From the NCBI GenBank assembly GCA_040255565.1, contig JBDZVH010000003.1:677228-741227 (forward strand): a DNA stretch of 64,000 nt, given 5' to 3'. Shown here piece by piece: positions 10,391-19,378 of the stretch. The stretch comes from Opitutaceae bacterium. GTDB taxonomy: Bacteria; Verrucomicrobiota; Verrucomicrobiia; Opitutales; Opitutaceae. The position numbers and the translations under genes were made by a program. How positions within the stretch are numbered: position 1 is the stretch's first letter; every line of letters starts with the position of its first letter. The notes under the pieces were generated by a model. It had not been told where the DNA came from. It did no database searches and was given only the letters and a program-made list of their open reading frames with translations.

Positions 10391-11149
10391 GTGGTGAACT
10401 CGCCTGCCTTCACTTCGTTCGCCAAACGGAGCTACGTGCGCTTTACGTCCGCCGGCACCACGCCGGCGGATCGCACCGCCAACATTTCCGCACGGCTGCG
10501 GGTCCTGCTGGTCGATGACGATCCGATCGCCGGGATGGCGTTGACCGCCTGGCTCCAGGATCTCGGCCATCAAACCGTCTACGCCGCCGGCCCGGTGGAA
10601 GCGGATGCCGCTTTCGAAACCGGCGATTTCGATGTCGTGCTCAGCGACGTGCAGATGCCCGGCAACTTCCGTCTCGAATGGATCGAGCGGCGACTCCAGG
10701 CCGAATGTCCTCCCCCGGTCCTGTTGATGACCGGCAGTCCCCAGCTGGAGAGCGCGATGCGCGCCGCCAATCTTCCCATTGCCGGCTACCTCCTCAAACC
10801 GATCGATTTCAAGAAAACCGCGCCCCTCCTCGAACGCCTTGGTCAAGAACGCCGTCAACGGCGGGCGCTGTTTTCGCTCGCACAGGAAGTCGCTCGTCTG
10901 ACCGGCCAACGCCCCGCCACCAGCGGCGATGCCGCCGCCGACGAACTGCGCGAACTGGCCGGCCGGCTCGCGGCCGAAGCCAGTCGTCCACCGCGGGAAC
11001 GCGGGGGAGAAACGGGCGGCCAGCCGTGGCTCGACGCGATCGTCGAAACCATCGCGGTGCTCGAAAAGACGAAACACAGCTTTCGCTCGAAGGAACTCGG
11101 CGAATTGCGCAAGCGGCTGCTGCAATTGGTGCCCGGCGCGGCCGTCTGA
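10391..11149 (+). CDS. response regulator: receiver domain plus helical C-terminal region of unknown function
   Basis: 252 aa, GTG start in the ORF track. Receiver: LRVLLVDDDPIAGMA...VVLSDVQMPG...LLKPIDF. I do not recognise the C-terminal roughly 110 aa. Confidence 0.75.
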   Translation: MVNSPAFTSFAKRSYVRFTSAGTTPADRTANISARLRVLLVDDDPIAGMALTAWLQDLGHQTVYAAGPVEADAAFETGDFDVVLSDVQMPGNFRLEWIERRLQAECPPPVLLMTGSPQLESAMRAANLPIAGYLLKPIDFKKTAPLLERLGQERRQRRALFSLAQEVARLTGQRPATSGDAAADELRELAGRLAAEASRPPRERGGETGGQPWLDAIVETIAVLEKTKHSFRSKELGELRKRLLQLVPGAAV

Positions 11150-11185
11150 AAACCCCGTTCCTCGCAACCGCCGCGCGCCAGCGAC

Positions 11186-11212
11186 TAAAGTCCGGCCGCT
11201 CGCGGTCGATAT
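11186..11212 (+). promoter_or_regulatory. sigma28 (FliA)-type promoter candidate
   Basis: TAAA-N15-GTCGATAT against the consensus TAAA-N15-GCCGATAA. It sits about 110 nt upstream of the receiver-protein and MCP gene pair. Confidence 0.45.
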
Positions 11213-11322
11213 AATACGTGTTGCGGTGCGCACAAGCGCAGCCGCCTTTTTCGGGCAGGTGATCGACCTGCAAGGCAAAGGAGCAACGTTCGCCCTCCTC
11301 CGAGGGCTCGTCCACCTTTGCC

Positions 11323-11805
11323 ATGTCGCTCCGTCCTTCCCACGACTCCTTCGTCTTTACCGCCTCCACTGATGCGCGGGACTTCGTCATCGCGTCCAAC
11401 GCGAAGGTGACGCAGCGTTCCGATTTCATCCCGGCGCACGTCCTGATCGTCGACGAAGACCCATTGAGCTGCGCCGGTCTCGGGCGGCTCGTCGCCCAGT
11501 CCGGCCACTCGATCGCCCTCGCCTGCAGCCTGGCGGTCGCCGATGCCATGCGGCTGTCGCTGACCTTCGATCTGGTCCTCGTCGACCTGAGCCGCCCCTC
11601 CCCCGACCTCGACCGCTGGGTGGCCTGCCTGGTCGCCGATCCCCGTGGCGCGACGATCGCGCTCGTCGGCAACGAACCCGCGCGGGCCGCAGCCGATGGC
11701 ATCGATTTTTCGGATACATTTCACCTCGCCAAGCCGGTCGATCCCGCCGCCCTGCGCGCGCTGCTCGCCCGCTTTGGCGCCGAGCAGGACCTCCCTTCCA
11801 TCTGA
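11323..11805 (+). CDS. single-domain receiver (REC) protein
   Basis: 160 aa. [14 protein letters not shown]...[12 protein letters not shown]...HLAKPVD is a receiver pattern. The third codon position is GC-rich. Confidence 0.65.
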   Translation: MSLRPSHDSFVFTASTDARDFVIASNAKVTQRSDFIPAHVLIVDEDPLSCAGLGRLVAQSGHSIALACSLAVADAMRLSLTFDLVLVDLSRPSPDLDRWVACLVADPRGATIALVGNEPARAAADGIDFSDTFHLAKPVDPAALRALLARFGAEQDLPSI

Positions 11806-11813
11806 CTCTCACC

Positions 11814-13373
11814 ATGAAAAACTGGACCATCCGCAAGCGGATCATCACCGGCTTTGCCGTCATTCTCGTGCTCGTCTGCATCCAGGCGATCGCGACCCGG
11901 CTGCTGCTGCGGCCTGTCGTCGCAAGAAGCGACGAGATCGAAAACAAGCTGCTCCCAAGCCTGACCTTGATCAGCGAGGTGAAGAGCAACATCGGCGAAA
12001 TTCAAATTCGTGTGGTGCGCACGCTCCTCGCCGAGGATCCGGTCGAGCTGAAGCGGATCATCGACGAGACCGAGGCGATGCGCGCCCGCAATCTCGAGCT
12101 GATCGAACTCTATGCCAAGACCATCACCGACGAGGAGGATCGCGGCTTTTATACGTCGTTGAAGGAGAACCTCACGCACTACGCCGCGGCCCGCCAGCAG
12201 CTCTTTTCCCTGCTGCTCTCCGGCCAGCGCGCCGAAGCCAATGCCTGGAACCTCTCCGCCGTCCGGCCGGCCTACGAAGCATATCAGGCTGACGCGAGCC
12301 GGCTGCTCACGCACAACATCGCCACCGCGACCGCCGCGGTCGACGCAAGCGGCAAGGACATTCGCAAGACCGACCTTATCACGGTCGTGAGCGCCACCGC
12401 GGCGATCGGCCTCGGCATCGTTTTCGCCACCGCGATTGTCATCGGACTCAGCCGCCTGCTCGGCCGCGTGGCTTCCGCCTTGGAGGACAGCGCAGCCCAG
12501 GTCGCCGCCGCCGCCGGTCAGGTTTCCTCCGCCAGCCAGACACTCGCGTCCGGTTCGAGCGAACAAGCCGCCAGCCTCGAGGAAACCAGCGCGTCGCTCG
12601 AGGAGATGTCCTCGATGGCAAAGCGCAACGCCGCCAGCGCCGCCGAAGCGAAGGACCTCTCCAGCGAAACCCGCGGCGCCGCGGACGCCGGTCAGACCGA
12701 CATGCAGGAAATGTCGCAGGCCGTGGCTGCGATCAAACAATCGTCCGACGGGATCGCCAAGATCGTGAAGACCATCGACGAGATCGCGTTTCAAACGAAC
12801 ATCCTCGCGCTCAATGCCGCGGTGGAGGCCGCGCGCGCGGGCGAAGCGGGGATGGGTTTCGCTGTCGTCGCCGAAGAGGTGCGCAATCTCGCGCACCGCT
12901 CGGCCCAGTCCGCCAAGGAGACCGCGGTCATGATCGAGGAATCGGTGCGACGCAGCGAACACGGGGTGGCGATCAGCGAGAAAGTCGCGCAATCGCTCAC
13001 CGGCATCGTCGCCCGTGCGCACAAGATGGACGGCCTCGTCGCCGAAATCGCGCAAGCGTCGGGCGAGCAGACACAGGGCATCGGCCAGGTGAACTCCGCC
13101 GTCGCGCAGATGGACCGCGTCACGCAATCCAATGCAGGCACCGCGGAGGAGACCGCCGCGGCCGCGGAGGAATTGAGCGCGCAATCGCACGCCCTGCGCG
13201 AGCACGTCGCCGAATTGACCCGGCTCGCTGGTGTGCGAGGAAGCGTCAGGGAGTTGAAAACCTCGGCGCCCGTGCCGCCGGCAAAGCCGGGAAAAAAGTC
13301 GAAGCGCGAGATGACCGCCGTCACGCTCCGGACGCCGTCAGAGGCACATCCCGACCTCGCACCGGTTGCCTGA
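11814..13373 (+). CDS. methyl-accepting chemotaxis protein
   Basis: 519 aa. N-terminal TM segment and a four-helix-bundle-like sensor. The signalling domain is nearly identical to the MCP at 8169 ([44 protein letters not shown]). Confidence 0.92.
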   Translation: MKNWTIRKRIITGFAVILVLVCIQAIATRLLLRPVVARSDEIENKLLPSLTLISEVKSNIGEIQIRVVRTLLAEDPVELKRIIDETEAMRARNLELIELYAKTITDEEDRGFYTSLKENLTHYAAARQQLFSLLLSGQRAEANAWNLSAVRPAYEAYQADASRLLTHNIATATAAVDASGKDIRKTDLITVVSATAAIGLGIVFATAIVIGLSRLLGRVASALEDSAAQVAAAAGQVSSASQTLASGSSEQAASLEETSASLEEMSSMAKRNAASAAEAKDLSSETRGAADAGQTDMQEMSQAVAAIKQSSDGIAKIVKTIDEIAFQTNILALNAAVEAARAGEAGMGFAVVAEEVRNLAHRSAQSAKETAVMIEESVRRSEHGVAISEKVAQSLTGIVARAHKMDGLVAEIAQASGEQTQGIGQVNSAVAQMDRVTQSNAGTAEETAAAAEELSAQSHALREHVAELTRLAGVRGSVRELKTSAPVPPAKPGKKSKREMTAVTLRTPSEAHPDLAPVA

Positions 13374-13391
13374 CCAGGCAAGGCGCACGCC

Positions 13392-13895
13392 GAACTCAGG
13401 ACGCGTGGGGACACGCGTCCCTACCTCGGAATGGCGATCGGAACGATCGCCGCTACCTTTCTGATTTCTAGACCACGGAGTGCACAGAATGCACGGAGTG
13501 CCGTATTCCGTGCATTCTGTGCATTCTGTGGTTCAACATTCCCGATCCGAAAAAGCGCGAAGCAGAACTCAGGACGCGTGGGGACACGCGTCCTTACCTC
13601 GGAATGGCGATCGGGACGATCGCCGCTACCTTTCTGATTTCTAGACCACGGAGTGCACAGAATGCACGGAGTGCCGTATTCCGTGCATTCTGTGCATTCT
13701 GTGGTTCAACATTCCCGATCCGAAAAAGCGCGAAGCAGAACTCAGGACGCGTGGGGACACGCGTCCCTACCTCGGAATGGGGATCGGGACGATCGCCGCT
13801 ACCTTTCTGATTTCTAGACCACGGAGTGAGATCGAAGGCGGAAGTCCGTATTCCGTGCACTCCGTGCATTCTGTGGTTCCAGATTCCGGGTCGGT
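13392..13895. repeat. tandem array (about 2.9 copies, 173-bp period) of the family-A structured repeat
   Basis: Unit starts (GAACTCAGGACGCGTGGGGACACGCGTCC) are at 13392, 13565 and 13738. The first two units are almost identical and the third diverges in the long hairpin. This generates the duplicated ORF-track entries 13431..13637 and 13604..13810. Confidence 0.9.
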
Positions 13896-13939
13896 AACCG
13901 GTGAAGTCCGGCGCCCCTTCCCCGCTGTTCGTCAGCCCC

Positions 13940-13981
13940 AAAAAAGAATCGGGCGGGTGGCCACACAACAACCACCCGCCC
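13940..13981 (-). terminator. Rho-independent terminator of the REC-REC-STAS gene
   Basis: On the minus strand a perfect 10-bp stem (GGGCGGGTGG / CCACCCGCCC) with an 11-nt loop is followed by GATTCTTTTTT. It lies 40 nt downstream of the stop at 14021. Confidence 0.7.
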
Positions 13982-14020
13982 GCTGCTTCTTCGTTAACCC
14001 CCAGAGGGGAAATCCGGCCT

Positions 14021-15169
14021 TTACGCGGGCGCGAGCGCGGGCGCCTTGCCCAGGTTCGCCTTCGCATCCTCGAGCGAATCGTAGAACGTCCAGCCGCGCG
14101 TGTCCTCGAAGCCTTTGCACTCGGTGACGATCTGCGGATTGGCGACCAGCGCGAACTGCATCGCCAGCTCACGACAGGTCTGCATCGCCTGGAACAGCAG
14201 CTTGATCACGCCCATGTGCAGCGAGCGCAGCTGGTGGATGTCGATGACGACCTTGTTGTGCCCGGCGTCGACCGCCTCGGCGAACTTCGGTTTCAGATAC
14301 GTCGCCGCCTCGGCGATCACCGCGGGAGAGCAGTTCTCCGGCAGGCGCATGATCAACGCGTCGCCCTCGATCGCGTAGTAGCGTTGCGAGGTGTCGAGGT
14401 TCATCGCCTTGGCCATCTTCGTCTCGAGTTCGCCGAGATCGATCGGCTTCGTGACGATGGCGCTGAAACCCACGGTCTGCGCCTGCTGCTGCTGCGCGAC
14501 TTCGGTTTTCACCACGAGCGCGAAAACCGGCGTGTATTTGGTTTTCACATTCGTGCGGATGAGGCGGAAAAGCGTGAACGCCGATTCCTCGGGCAGCGAA
14601 AGGCTGACGAGCATGAGGTCCGGCGGTGTGCGCGAACAGAAATCGATCGCCTCGCCCTGCGTGGCGACGCCATGGATCTTCCACGGCGTGTGCTTCAGGC
14701 CATCCTGGATCTGCTGGATGATCGCCGGCTTGTCCTCGACGATGAGGATGTCGGCCGGATCGAAAATGGATTTCGCCTTCGCGGGCGTCTCGGAGAGCGG
14801 CTTCAGGTCGATGATGCGGCCGGCCTTCTCGATCAGCACGTCTTCCTTGAACGGCTTCACGAGATAATCGCGCACACCGATCTTGGCAATCTTGAGCACG
14901 TTGTCGCGGCCGCCTTCAGCCGTGAGCATCATGACGGGGATGCCCTTGAGGGCAGGATCCGCCTTGAGCTTCGTGAGCATCTCGACGCCGTCCATCACGG
15001 GCATCGTCACGTCGAGGAGGATCAGGTCGGGGTTCTCCTTGGCTGCGATCGCCAGGCCCTCGACGCCGTTGCCGGCTTCGAGAATCTCGCAGTCGTAGGT
15101 TTTGAAGGCTTTTCGAACGATGATGCGAACGGTCTTCGAGTCGTCGACGGTGAGAATCTTGTAACGCAT
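14021..15169 (-). CDS. CheY-like receiver - second receiver - STAS (anti-sigma-antagonist fold) fusion protein
   Basis: 382 aa. REC1 is strongly CheY-like: KILTVDDSKTVR...LILLDVTMPVMDG...MLTAEG...YLVKPF. REC2: ILIVEDKPAII...LMLVSLSLPEES...IVTKPID. The C-terminal roughly 110 aa is SpoIIAA/RsbV-like STAS: ALIMRLPENCSP...KVVIDIHQLRSLHMGVIKLL...FALVANPQIVTECKGFED. Confidence 0.8.
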   Translation of the reverse strand: MRYKILTVDDSKTVRIIVRKAFKTYDCEILEAGNGVEGLAIAAKENPDLILLDVTMPVMDGVEMLTKLKADPALKGIPVMMLTAEGGRDNVLKIAKIGVRDYLVKPFKEDVLIEKAGRIIDLKPLSETPAKAKSIFDPADILIVEDKPAIIQQIQDGLKHTPWKIHGVATQGEAIDFCSRTPPDLMLVSLSLPEESAFTLFRLIRTNVKTKYTPVFALVVKTEVAQQQQAQTVGFSAIVTKPIDLGELETKMAKAMNLDTSQRYYAIEGDALIMRLPENCSPAVIAEAATYLKPKFAEAVDAGHNKVVIDIHQLRSLHMGVIKLLFQAMQTCRELAMQFALVANPQIVTECKGFEDTRGWTFYDSLEDAKANLGKAPALAPA

Positions 15170-15178
15170 GATGTGTGA

Positions 15179-15739
15179 TTAGGAAAGGGGCTCTTCGTCC
15201 TGGTCCTGCTTCAGCAGGATGTCCGCGATGATGCGGTGGCCGGAACAATCGAAATGGTAGATGTAGCGGGCGACGGAGCTGATCGGCTCGATCGTGAAAT
15301 TGCTGCCGTGCAGGATCGAGGGGATCGTGAGCTTGCACGGATAGCCGGCATCGCAGAGGCCGTTCTTGAAGCTGCCGACGGTCATGTTCGTCAGTTCGCC
15401 GATGGCGTCGTTCAGCACCTCGTCGCCGGCCTCGCTGAGTTCCTCATCGGTCATGCCCAGCAGCTGGCAGGTGCAGTGGCGGGCGAACGCGAGATCGAGA
15501 TAAAGATAGATCAAGCCGTTGGCCTCGCCGATGAAGCCGACGGTGCCCACGACGTGCGGGCGCGGATTGTCGGCCAGCGGCGACTGCGCCGGCCAGGCTT
15601 TCTCGAGATCCGTGGCGCCGCCCGCCGGCGGGGGCACGAGCGCGGGCTCACGGCTGAGCATGGTTTTGAAGACATCGCCAACGGCGCGGGCAATGTTGTC
15701 ACGAATCAAGGTGGCGGTGATTTGCTCGGCAGCAGGCAT
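15179..15739 (-). CDS. cheX: CheX/CheC-family CheY-P phosphatase
   Basis: 186 aa. The active-site motif D-x3-E-x2-N is present (DAIGELTN), within a GFIGEANGLIYLYLD context. Confidence 0.75.
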   Translation of the reverse strand: MPAAEQITATLIRDNIARAVGDVFKTMLSREPALVPPPAGGATDLEKAWPAQSPLADNPRPHVVGTVGFIGEANGLIYLYLDLAFARHCTCQLLGMTDEELSEAGDEVLNDAIGELTNMTVGSFKNGLCDAGYPCKLTIPSILHGSNFTIEPISSVARYIYHFDCSGHRIIADILLKQDQDEEPLS

Positions 15740-15770
15740 GATGGGGCTGGTGGCTGGAAACTCCCCGCTG

Positions 15771-15798
15771 CTATCGGCGCGTTTCCCGCGCGGATTTA
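15771..15798 (-). promoter_or_regulatory. sigma28-type promoter candidate for the cheX / REC-REC-STAS operon
   Basis: The minus strand reads TAAA-N16-GCCGATAG. The spacer is 1 nt longer than the consensus. It sits about 30 nt upstream of the cheX start. Confidence 0.35.
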
Positions 15799-15889
15799 GG
15801 GTTATTCCGCAAGTTATGCGGCGGGTCCCCGTTTTGCCGCCCGCCGGCGGTTCTGCGGATCCGCCTGCCGCTCTGGCCGCAGTCCGTCC

Positions 15890-17374
15890 TCAGCCGTCGA
15901 TCGAGGCCAGGTCGGCGTCGATCGCATCGCCCGCCTCGCGATATTCCTGCAGCTTGTTGCGCAGCGTGCGAATGCTGATGCCCAGTTCGGCCGCCGCTTG
16001 CGTGCGGTTGCCGTTGGTCTGCCGCAACGCCGCGCGAATCGCCTGTTTCTCCAGTTCGTCGAGCCGCAGCACGAGGCCGTTGTTCCCGACCACGGACGGC
16101 GTTGCCGCATCCGGGGAGACCGGTGCGGGCGCGGCAGGCTCGGGCGGGAACAACTCTGGCGATTCGGGCGGCGGAGCGGTTTCGATCGCCGGCTCCGCGA
16201 AACTCAAATCGCCGGGTAGGCCGAGTGCGCCCGCCGATACGGGTCGTCCGGACTCCGACAGGATCACCGCGCGCTCCACCGTGTTCTGGAGCTCGCGGAC
16301 ATTGCCCGGCCAGCGATAGGCTTGGAGCGCCGCGCGCGCGGCCTCGGAAAATCCGGTCACCTTCACGCCGTGCTTGCGCACGAAACGCCGCAGGAAGTGG
16401 TCCGCGAGAAAGAGAATATCCTCGGGCCGCTCGCGCAGGGCCGGCACGTGCACGGGGAACACGTTCAGCCGGTAATAAAGGTCCTGGCGGAAATCGCCCT
16501 TCTCGACGTGCTTCAACAAGTCGCGGTTCGACGTCGCGATGATGCGCACGTTGACCTTGATCGTGCGGCTGCCGCCCACGCGTTCGAACTCCCGCTCCTG
16601 CAGCACGCGCAAAAGCTTCGCCTGGAGGTTCGCGGGAATCTCGCTCACTTCGTCCAGCAGCAGCGTGCCCTGATGCGCCAGCTCGAAGCGGCCCTCGCGG
16701 CGCTCCGTCGCGCCGGTGAACGCCCCGCGTTCGTGGCCGAAAAACTCACTCTCGATCAGGTTTTCGGATACGGCCGCGCAATTGACCTTGATGAACGGGT
16801 GCGCCCGCCGCGGGCTGCGGCGGTAGAATTCGCGCGCGACCATTTCCTTGCCCGTGCCGCTCTCGCCGGTGACGAGCACCGTCGCATCCGTGGGCGCCAC
16901 GCGCTCGATCAACTGTCGCAACCGGATCATCGCCGGACTGCGCCCCACCAGCGTGCCATCCTCGTCGCCGGGATTGTCGCTCAGGAGGCGGTTGACCTTG
17001 AGCAGCTGGCGATACGACTGGGCCTTCTTGAGGATGACATCGATCTGGCTCGGCGAAAATGGCTTCAGGACGTAGTCGAACGCCCCCGCGCGCATGCAGG
17101 CGACCGCGGACTCGATCGTGCCGTAGCCCGTCACCATCACGACGAGCGGACGCTCGGGCAGCGCGGCGATCTGCTCCAGAAACTTCTGGCCGTCGCCGTC
17201 CGGCAGCCGGATGTCGAGCATCATCAAGTCGAACTGCTCGCGCTGCAGGATCGCCGCCGCCTCGGCCAGGTTGTTGGCGGAGGTGATCGGAAGTTTATGC
17301 CGCTGGAAAATACTTTGGAGCAGGTTTCGAACGACGAGTTCGTCCTCAACAATCAGTATCTTCTCAAAGGACAT
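15890..17374 (-). CDS. sigma54-dependent response regulator (NtrC/FleR/FlbD class enhancer-binding protein)
   Basis: 494 aa. Receiver ([11 protein letters not shown]...[12 protein letters not shown]), AAA+ domain ([20 protein letters not shown] loop, [13 protein letters not shown]) and a C-terminal Fis-type HTH ([20 protein letters not shown]). Confidence 0.9.
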   Translation of the reverse strand: MSFEKILIVEDELVVRNLLQSIFQRHKLPITSANNLAEAAAILQREQFDLMMLDIRLPDGDGQKFLEQIAALPERPLVVMVTGYGTIESAVACMRAGAFDYVLKPFSPSQIDVILKKAQSYRQLLKVNRLLSDNPGDEDGTLVGRSPAMIRLRQLIERVAPTDATVLVTGESGTGKEMVAREFYRRSPRRAHPFIKVNCAAVSENLIESEFFGHERGAFTGATERREGRFELAHQGTLLLDEVSEIPANLQAKLLRVLQEREFERVGGSRTIKVNVRIIATSNRDLLKHVEKGDFRQDLYYRLNVFPVHVPALRERPEDILFLADHFLRRFVRKHGVKVTGFSEAARAALQAYRWPGNVRELQNTVERAVILSESGRPVSAGALGLPGDLSFAEPAIETAPPPESPELFPPEPAAPAPVSPDAATPSVVGNNGLVLRLDELEKQAIRAALRQTNGNRTQAAAELGISIRTLRNKLQEYREAGDAIDADLASIDG

Positions 17375-17411
17375 TGCGTAGGGAGCTGGAGAGTGCGCCG
17401 CGTCCGACCAG

Positions 17412-17434
17412 GATGGCGGCGAAGGACCGCCATC
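17412..17434. other. intergenic hairpin between the receiver gene and the sigma54-activator gene
   Basis: GATGGCGG-cgaagga-CCGCCATC, a perfect 8-bp stem with no U-tract on either strand. Confidence 0.3.
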
Positions 17435-17478
17435 TAAGACACTCCCTCCGCTTCAATTCAACCAAATGTTGGCATGTA

Positions 17479-17916
17479 TCAGCCGGACGGTGCGAGCAGC
17501 GCCGTCACGCGCCGCATGACTTCCGCCGGCATGTAGGGTTTGGCCAAAAATTGACACGGTCCGCCCGCCGCGAGCGCGACCTCGAGCGCCCGCTGATCGC
17601 GCCCGCTGCTGATCAGCAGCGGCAGTCCGGGCACCGCGGCCCGCAGTTCGTGGCAAAGATCCGCCCCGGCGACATCCGGCAAATGGCAGTCCACGATCGC
17701 CATGGAAACGTGGTCGCGATTGCGGGCAAAGAGCGCCCGCGCGGTCTCGCCATCCGCCGCCCGCAGCACCTTCACCTGGATACGCCGCAACAGGTGCGTC
17801 AGCAATTCGGCCAGCGAATCCTCGTCCTCGATCAGCAAAACAACCGGCCCTTCGGCCGGGGAAGAAGACGGGGCGGCGGTCGGCCCCAGATCCGGGAAGA
17901 GAACGGAGGAAGACAT
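17479..17916 (-). CDS. single-domain response regulator (receiver)
   Basis: 145 aa. VLLIEDEDSLAELL...AIVDCHLPDVAG...FLAKPY. Confidence 0.8.
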   Translation of the reverse strand: MSSSVLFPDLGPTAAPSSSPAEGPVVLLIEDEDSLAELLTHLLRRIQVKVLRAADGETARALFARNRDHVSMAIVDCHLPDVAGADLCHELRAAVPGLPLLISSGRDQRALEVALAAGGPCQFLAKPYMPAEVMRRVTALLAPSG

Positions 17917-17961
17917 CGCCGGGGATTTACGGATACTTCCGCTAAAACTTTAACAAAAATC

Positions 17962-17988
17962 TCAAGCCGCCTGCAGATGAGCCGATAA
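17962..17988 (+). promoter_or_regulatory. sigma28-type promoter candidate (perfect -10 box)
   Basis: TCAA-N15-GCCGATAA. The -10 octamer is identical to the consensus and the -35 box matches 3 of 4 positions. It sits 44 nt upstream of the ATG at 18032. Confidence 0.5.
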
Positions 17989-18031
17989 AGCCTTCACCGC
18001 AAGGGCGTCCGCCTGCGCACTTTTTTCAAAC

Positions 18032-18424
18032 ATGCGCCTTCTCTCCTTCCTCACCGACATCGAACGGGCGGTCCGTCTCGAAGCCAACGCCGGCGAAGGC
18101 GCCATCTGGAACAGCTCCCGGATCATCAATTTCCGCACCGGCCTCGCGCGCCTGACCTTGAATCTGCGCGAACGCGACAGCGGCTTCCCCGAGGGTTCGG
18201 TGATCGTCCAGTATTTCGGCTTGGCCGATGGCTCGTTCTGCCTGAAGGCCAGCCTGGCCTGGCAGGGCACCGACGCCGCCCAGACGCTCTCCGTCTACGA
18301 CACGCCGCTGCTGAATTGGAAACTGGAAGCTTCCCGCATCGCCGCGGCGTGGCTCGCCGGTCCGCCGGCGGCCGCTAGTATCGGCGCCGAAGCCGAACCG
18401 GAACGCGTCGCCGTCGCGAGCTGA
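18032..18424 (+). CDS. hypothetical protein (no recognisable domain); monocistronic unit with a sigma28-like promoter and its own terminator
   Basis: 130-aa ORF with GC-rich third codon positions. It is flanked by the promoter candidate at 17962 and a canonical terminator at 18445. Confidence 0.65.
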   Translation: MRLLSFLTDIERAVRLEANAGEGAIWNSSRIINFRTGLARLTLNLRERDSGFPEGSVIVQYFGLADGSFCLKASLAWQGTDAAQTLSVYDTPLLNWKLEASRIAAAWLAGPPAAASIGAEAEPERVAVAS

Positions 18425-18444
18425 GCGCGGCAGCCCCCTTTGGT

Positions 18445-18478
18445 CGCGTCCTGCCTGCGGGCGGGACGCGTTTTTTTT
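18445..18478 (+). terminator. Rho-independent terminator
   Basis: CGCGTCCTGCC-tgcg-GGCGGGACGCG, an 11-bp stem with one G-U pair, is followed directly by TTTTTTTT. Confidence 0.8.
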
Positions 18479-18564
18479 GGCCTCTTCATCGGGCGCATCC
18501 GTCGCAAGGATACGTCGCGCGGGCGGGGCGCGACCGGCAAACCGTCCTGGCGCGAAACCCGCGC

Positions 18565-18939
18565 TCAACCCCGGCCCTGAAAACGGCTCGACGTCGGCGG
18601 CGTGCGTTCCGCCCGGCCGTAGGCCGGCGCGATCTGCGCCACGCGCGTCGCGCTCTCCTGGAGCGCGGCGAGCTCGGCGCGCGCCACGGCCAGCTGGGAC
18701 TCGAGAAACTCCATCGAATGCTGCCGCCGCGCGAGCAGGCCCGCGACGCGCGCCCGCGCACGTTCGTCGGCAACGTCCGACCCGAGGTCGCTCAGGCCGG
18801 CCACGACCGGATCGGCGCGTTCCTGGATCGCCTGCAAGGCGTCATAGTCGCCGTGCGCCAGCGACGCCGCTTCCTGCAGCACCAGGTCGTCGAGCGCGTC
18901 GACGAGCCGGTTGAACTTCTCGCGGGCGGCGTCCTTCAT
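18565..18939 (-). CDS. hypothetical helical protein, possible FliT-like flagellar chaperone
   Basis: 124 aa, all-helical and Ala/Leu/Glu-rich. It lies immediately downstream of fliS, the usual fliT position. No diagnostic motif was recognised. Confidence 0.55.
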   Translation of the reverse strand: MKDAAREKFNRLVDALDDLVLQEAASLAHGDYDALQAIQERADPVVAGLSDLGSDVADERARARVAGLLARRQHSMEFLESQLAVARAELAALQESATRVAQIAPAYGRAERTPPTSSRFQGRG

Positions 18940-18945
18940 GCCGGT

Positions 18946-19371
18946 TCAGGCCACGCCGCGGAGCGATTCGGTGTGCGGCTCCTCTTGCTTCAGGAGCATC
19001 TCCGCCCAAGCATCCCGCAGCGGACGGACAAGCTCCTCCACCTCGTGCACGATCGCCACGTCCTTCTTTACGTTGGCCTCGAACAGCCGCCGCGTGTGGT
19101 AGTCGTAAAGTCGATACATCGTCTGGGCGAACTCGCCGCCGGCCTGGAGATTCAGGCCGCTCTGCAGCTCGGCGAGGATGCTCTGCGCCTTCTGCAGCTG
19201 GTGATTGATCACCTCGATCCGCCGCACGTCCTCCTCGGGTCGGGCGAACGCGTCCGCCGCGATCGCCATCGCCTTCAACGCCCCATCGTAGAGCATGAGG
19301 ACGAGCTGGCCGGGGCTGGCGGTGAGCACCGCGTTGGTGCGGTAGGTCTTGACGTAACCGTTGGCAAGCAT
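18946..19371 (-). CDS. fliS: flagellin-specific chaperone FliS
   Basis: 141 aa. YRTNAVLTASPGQLVLMLYDGALK...EFAQTMYRLYDY is the FliS pattern. Confidence 0.88.
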   Translation of the reverse strand: MLANGYVKTYRTNAVLTASPGQLVLMLYDGALKAMAIAADAFARPEEDVRRIEVINHQLQKAQSILAELQSGLNLQAGGEFAQTMYRLYDYHTRRLFEANVKKDVAIVHEVEELVRPLRDAWAEMLLKQEEPHTESLRGVA

Positions 19372-19378
19372 GGAGGGC

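Noticed and set aside
13431-14127. Repeated small ORFs (13431..13637, 13604..13810, 13777..14127) encoding MAIGTIAATFLISRPRSAQNARSAVF...
   Set aside because: They are created by the 173-bp tandem repeat of a palindromic non-coding element and overlap one another. The same DNA also yields ORFs on the opposite strand, and a related copy at 4479..4884 is frame-disrupted. They are treated as repeat artefacts, though translation cannot be formally excluded.
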